Shown here piece by piece: positions 61,633 through 64,000 of a stretch of 64,000 nucleotides of DNA. Origin of the DNA: Giardia intestinalis (lineage: Eukaryota); assembly GCA_000002435.2 (NCBI GenBank), contig CM018789.1. One strand, given 5' to 3'. Below the pieces are notes generated by a model. That model saw nothing but the letters and a program-made list of their open reading frames with translations, searched no databases and had not been told where the DNA came from. Position 1 is the stretch's first letter. Each line of letters opens with the position of its first letter. The position numbers were made by a program, and so were the translations under genes.

Positions 61633-62367
61633 TTAAGCATCCTCAGGGTCAGCAACTAGGTCTTCCTCCCCGAGAGGCTCGAAGATACTACCCCTGGTAA
61701 ATCCCACGGTGGCCCTTTCCCATTGGTGCAGTGGACAGACGGACTTACAGACTCCGTCCAGCCAGGTGTCAATGGAGCAAAAGTGGAGCTTTTTCAATTC
61801 CCAAACAGTGCTCTTGAACTTGTAGCTATCAAACACACTAACCACTTGCTTGCGAAACCGGCTCCCGAGACAACGTTCAGGGGTTGCTTCCCCGCCAAGA
61901 TAGATCTCCACATGCACCATGTCGTGCTTTTGCGGCCGTTTTTTGTTGTTGAAGTAAACCCCCTCATAGAAAATGAGGTCGCCTTCGCGGATAAGGTCAT
62001 GGGTGTCATAGCGGAGGGGGAGGGTGTCAAATTGATATGCTTGGTTGTAGGGCAGGGGCTCAAAACCAAACTCGTCCTTTAAGTCCATTAGAGCCTGTCT
62101 TATGAGTCCGCAACAGTCAAGCTGAAGGGGGTAGGCAGCCAGTTCGGAGCCTTCTGGATGCTCTTTGCGAGAGTAGGGTGTACCGCAGTAGCCCATGGCT
62201 TTCTCAATGAAGAGCCTGCGAAGTCTATCCTTCTCTGCCTGGGTGCGTTGAATGGGCTTGGCCCGAGCCGCAATCTTTGCCCGTTCGGCTCGCTTCTTTT
62301 CTAGAAACGTTTGGAACGCGTCTTGAAGAGAACAGGTGGTGTCGTGCGTGTCCTCTTGCGCATCCAT
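61633..62367 (-). CDS. NlpC/P60-like papain-fold cysteine peptidase domain protein
   Basis: LDCCGLIRQAL resembles the NlpC/P60 nucleophile motif DCSGLV. GDLIFYEG...HVEIYLGG resembles GDLVFF...HVGIYIG around the catalytic His. Confidence 0.45.
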   Translation of the reverse strand: MDAQEDTHDTTCSLQDAFQTFLEKKRAERAKIAARAKPIQRTQAEKDRLRRLFIEKAMGYCGTPYSRKEHPEGSELAAYPLQLDCCGLIRQALMDLKDEFGFEPLPYNQAYQFDTLPLRYDTHDLIREGDLIFYEGVYFNNKKRPQKHDMVHVEIYLGGEATPERCLGSRFRKQVVSVFDSYKFKSTVWELKKLHFCSIDTWLDGVCKSVCPLHQWERATVGFTRGSIFEPLGEEDLVADPEDA

Positions 62368-62411
62368 TTAAGATCTTTGCCTAAAAATACCATTTAAAAA
62401 ATCTATAGGAA

Positions 62412-63557
62412 ATGAAGTACACATTGAAAGATGTCTTCAAATTGTTCACGCCACTGGCAGAGATGCCCCCAGAAATTCAGACAATTAAGAATAATTTCCC
62501 ATTGAGGATTTTCTCTGATATCTCCAGCGGTCTTGCCATTTCTGACGTGAGTAATTTGAATTTCTCTGAGTTCATCAAGACTCCTAATCTTCGTCAAAAC
62601 AGAGGTACACAGCCACGTGCAAAACAATATGCATCGAAGTTTGTAACGGATAGCCAACAAAAGACACTAGCGCACCAAAATCAAATGCCCGAAGAGCCTA
62701 TCCATTGGGATAAGCCTGACCCAAGTGATAAGTTTGACGATCTTCTGTGCCCAGACTTCAGGACTGCCGGCGGAAAAGAAAGTATAAGTGATTCGTTTCG
62801 AAGTACCACTGCCTCAGATGCTGTCCTCGATGTGATGGACCTTATTTCTGCACCAGACAGTAGGAAGAACATCTATTCAAATCCAAAGCATCAATCTGCA
62901 TTAACAAGTGATCTGCCAGTAGAGACTGCCAATGAATCAGATAATGCAGGGGACAGGGGTCCTATTGGCCTTGCAGGAGACGACATTGAAGACGTTCTAC
63001 AAAAGTTAGAGCAGGGTCCTGTCACCGGACCCAACACTATCGACTCTTTACCCGAAAGTCAAGGTATTTCTGAACATGGAGTACCGCAGTTCCCTGTCCC
63101 GCCCACTAGTGATCCTGCGATCTTTGGGTTCCCAACACTACCCTACACACAAGTAATTCCGGGTATACAGCCAATCTCAAACCAGCTTGTTTTCCCGGTG
63201 TACCATCCCCAACAGCAGATTGTCGGACTTGCAAATCCAATGGGCGCTGCCCCATCCATGCAGCCTATGCACGGGATACCGGCTATTCCAGCTGTGTATA
63301 CTATGCCTGTGCAACAGACTCCTCAGACGTATGATGTCAGCTGGGAGTATCTGGATCTAAACAACATAATGAGGGGGCCATTTCCCAGCGTAACAATGTG
63401 GAAGTGGTACAAACAGGGCAGTTTGCCCAACACGCTTCGCATCCGCGTTGCTGGTGATACCGGACCATTCCTTCCCCTTTTTAGCAGGTGGGCCAAGTCA
63501 TTAGCACGAGGAGTTGATCCTTTTAGTGTACCTCCATCAGAACTATCTTATCAGTAA
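62412..63557 (+). CDS. GYF-domain-containing protein
   Basis: C-terminal WEYLDLNNIMRGPFPSVTMWKWYKQGSL fits the GYF consensus W.Y.D....GPF....M..W...G. Confidence 0.5.
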   Translation: MKYTLKDVFKLFTPLAEMPPEIQTIKNNFPLRIFSDISSGLAISDVSNLNFSEFIKTPNLRQNRGTQPRAKQYASKFVTDSQQKTLAHQNQMPEEPIHWDKPDPSDKFDDLLCPDFRTAGGKESISDSFRSTTASDAVLDVMDLISAPDSRKNIYSNPKHQSALTSDLPVETANESDNAGDRGPIGLAGDDIEDVLQKLEQGPVTGPNTIDSLPESQGISEHGVPQFPVPPTSDPAIFGFPTLPYTQVIPGIQPISNQLVFPVYHPQQQIVGLANPMGAAPSMQPMHGIPAIPAVYTMPVQQTPQTYDVSWEYLDLNNIMRGPFPSVTMWKWYKQGSLPNTLRIRVAGDTGPFLPLFSRWAKSLARGVDPFSVPPSELSYQ

Positions 63558-63624
63558 ATTCACGCCTTGAGTCTTGGCCCAGAATCCCTCTTTTAAAAAA
63601 ATAAGACGCTTTTGGATCCGGGAA

Positions 63625-64000
63625 ATGGTTCTTCAACTCCGCAGGGTACTTGGATTTTATCCCCATAGAAGACGCACACTTCTCTTCCATCCTGACGGAG
63701 AGAGGTGTATCTATAGTATTGGCTCGACTATAGTGATTTCTTCTTTTACTGATCCCGAGAATCAGACGATTCTCCGTGGCCATGTGGGCACCGTGAGTCA
63801 TATGGCCTTGGACCCTAGTGGTCGCATGCTGATCAGTGCAGAAGACGGAGAGGATTCGGATGTTTGTATCTGGAATTTGGAGACAGATAGCCTGCACTTC
63901 CGCTTTTCCGAGCACGATTTTGGGGTGTCCTCTGCCAATTACAGCGCAGATGGTTTATTTTATGTTTCGTATGGTGCCCGCGACAAGATGATCTTCATCT
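63625..64000 (+). CDS. 5' part of a WD40-repeat protein that runs off the window end
   Basis: The ATG at 63625 opens a frame without stop to nt 64000. It contains VCIWNLETD. Not in the track because it has no stop. Confidence 0.5.
   Translation, partial: MVLQLRRVLGFYPHRRRTLLFHPDGERCIYSIGSTIVISSFTDPENQTILRGHVGTVSHMALDPSGRMLISAEDGEDSDVCIWNLETDSLHFRFSEHDFGVSSANYSADGLFYVSYGARDKMIFI

Noticed and set aside
1-64000. Telomeric TAGGG arrays, tRNA genes, introns
   Set aside because: No TAGGG/CCCTA tandem runs were seen. No T-loop GTTCGA-type tRNA signatures were spotted in non-coding parts. No gene required a splice to restore its frame. A by-eye scan only.

Overview
This window looks like nuclear DNA from Giardia, a diplomonad protist, most likely G. 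intestinalis. The clearest marker is a pair of variant-specific surface protein (VSP) genes. Each has a signal peptide, CXXC-rich tandem repeats, a transmembrane helix and the invariant C-terminal CRGKA tail. Each is followed by the extended VSP polyadenylation motif ACTTAGATAGTAAAC. Other signs agree: genes are dense and intron-less, intergenic spacers are minimal, and start contexts are AT-rich. About 35 protein-coding genes are recognisable. They include a DHHC palmitoyltransferase, PIG-A, Pelota, a multi-pass membrane cyclic-nucleotide phosphodiesterase, RPS9, a Pumilio protein, GINS Sld5, an M16 peptidase, V-ATPase subunit H, an E2F-like factor, a histone-fold protein, KH, MORN, GYF and WD40 proteins, and several coiled-coil or ankyrin hypotheticals. 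The dominant structure is a near-perfect inverted duplication of about 20.8 kb. Its arms span roughly 25603-35946 and 37552-46369 and flank a 1.6 kb GC-rich spacer that is A-depleted on the + strand. Each arm carries a VSP gene, a 4.5 kb ORF-free stretch, and a head-to-head gene pair. That pair is an Fpg/Nei-family DNA glycosylase and a SprT/Spartan-like metalloprotease whose ATGs lie 4 bp apart. The outer end of the right arm cuts through a WD40 gene and leaves a pseudogene fragment. The two VSP copies differ only in the number of a perfect 117-bp tandem repeat (14 versus 1). No rRNA, tRNA, CRISPR array or transposon ORFs were recognised by eye. The ORF track uses TTG/GTG/CTG starts, so several starts were moved to the first ATG.
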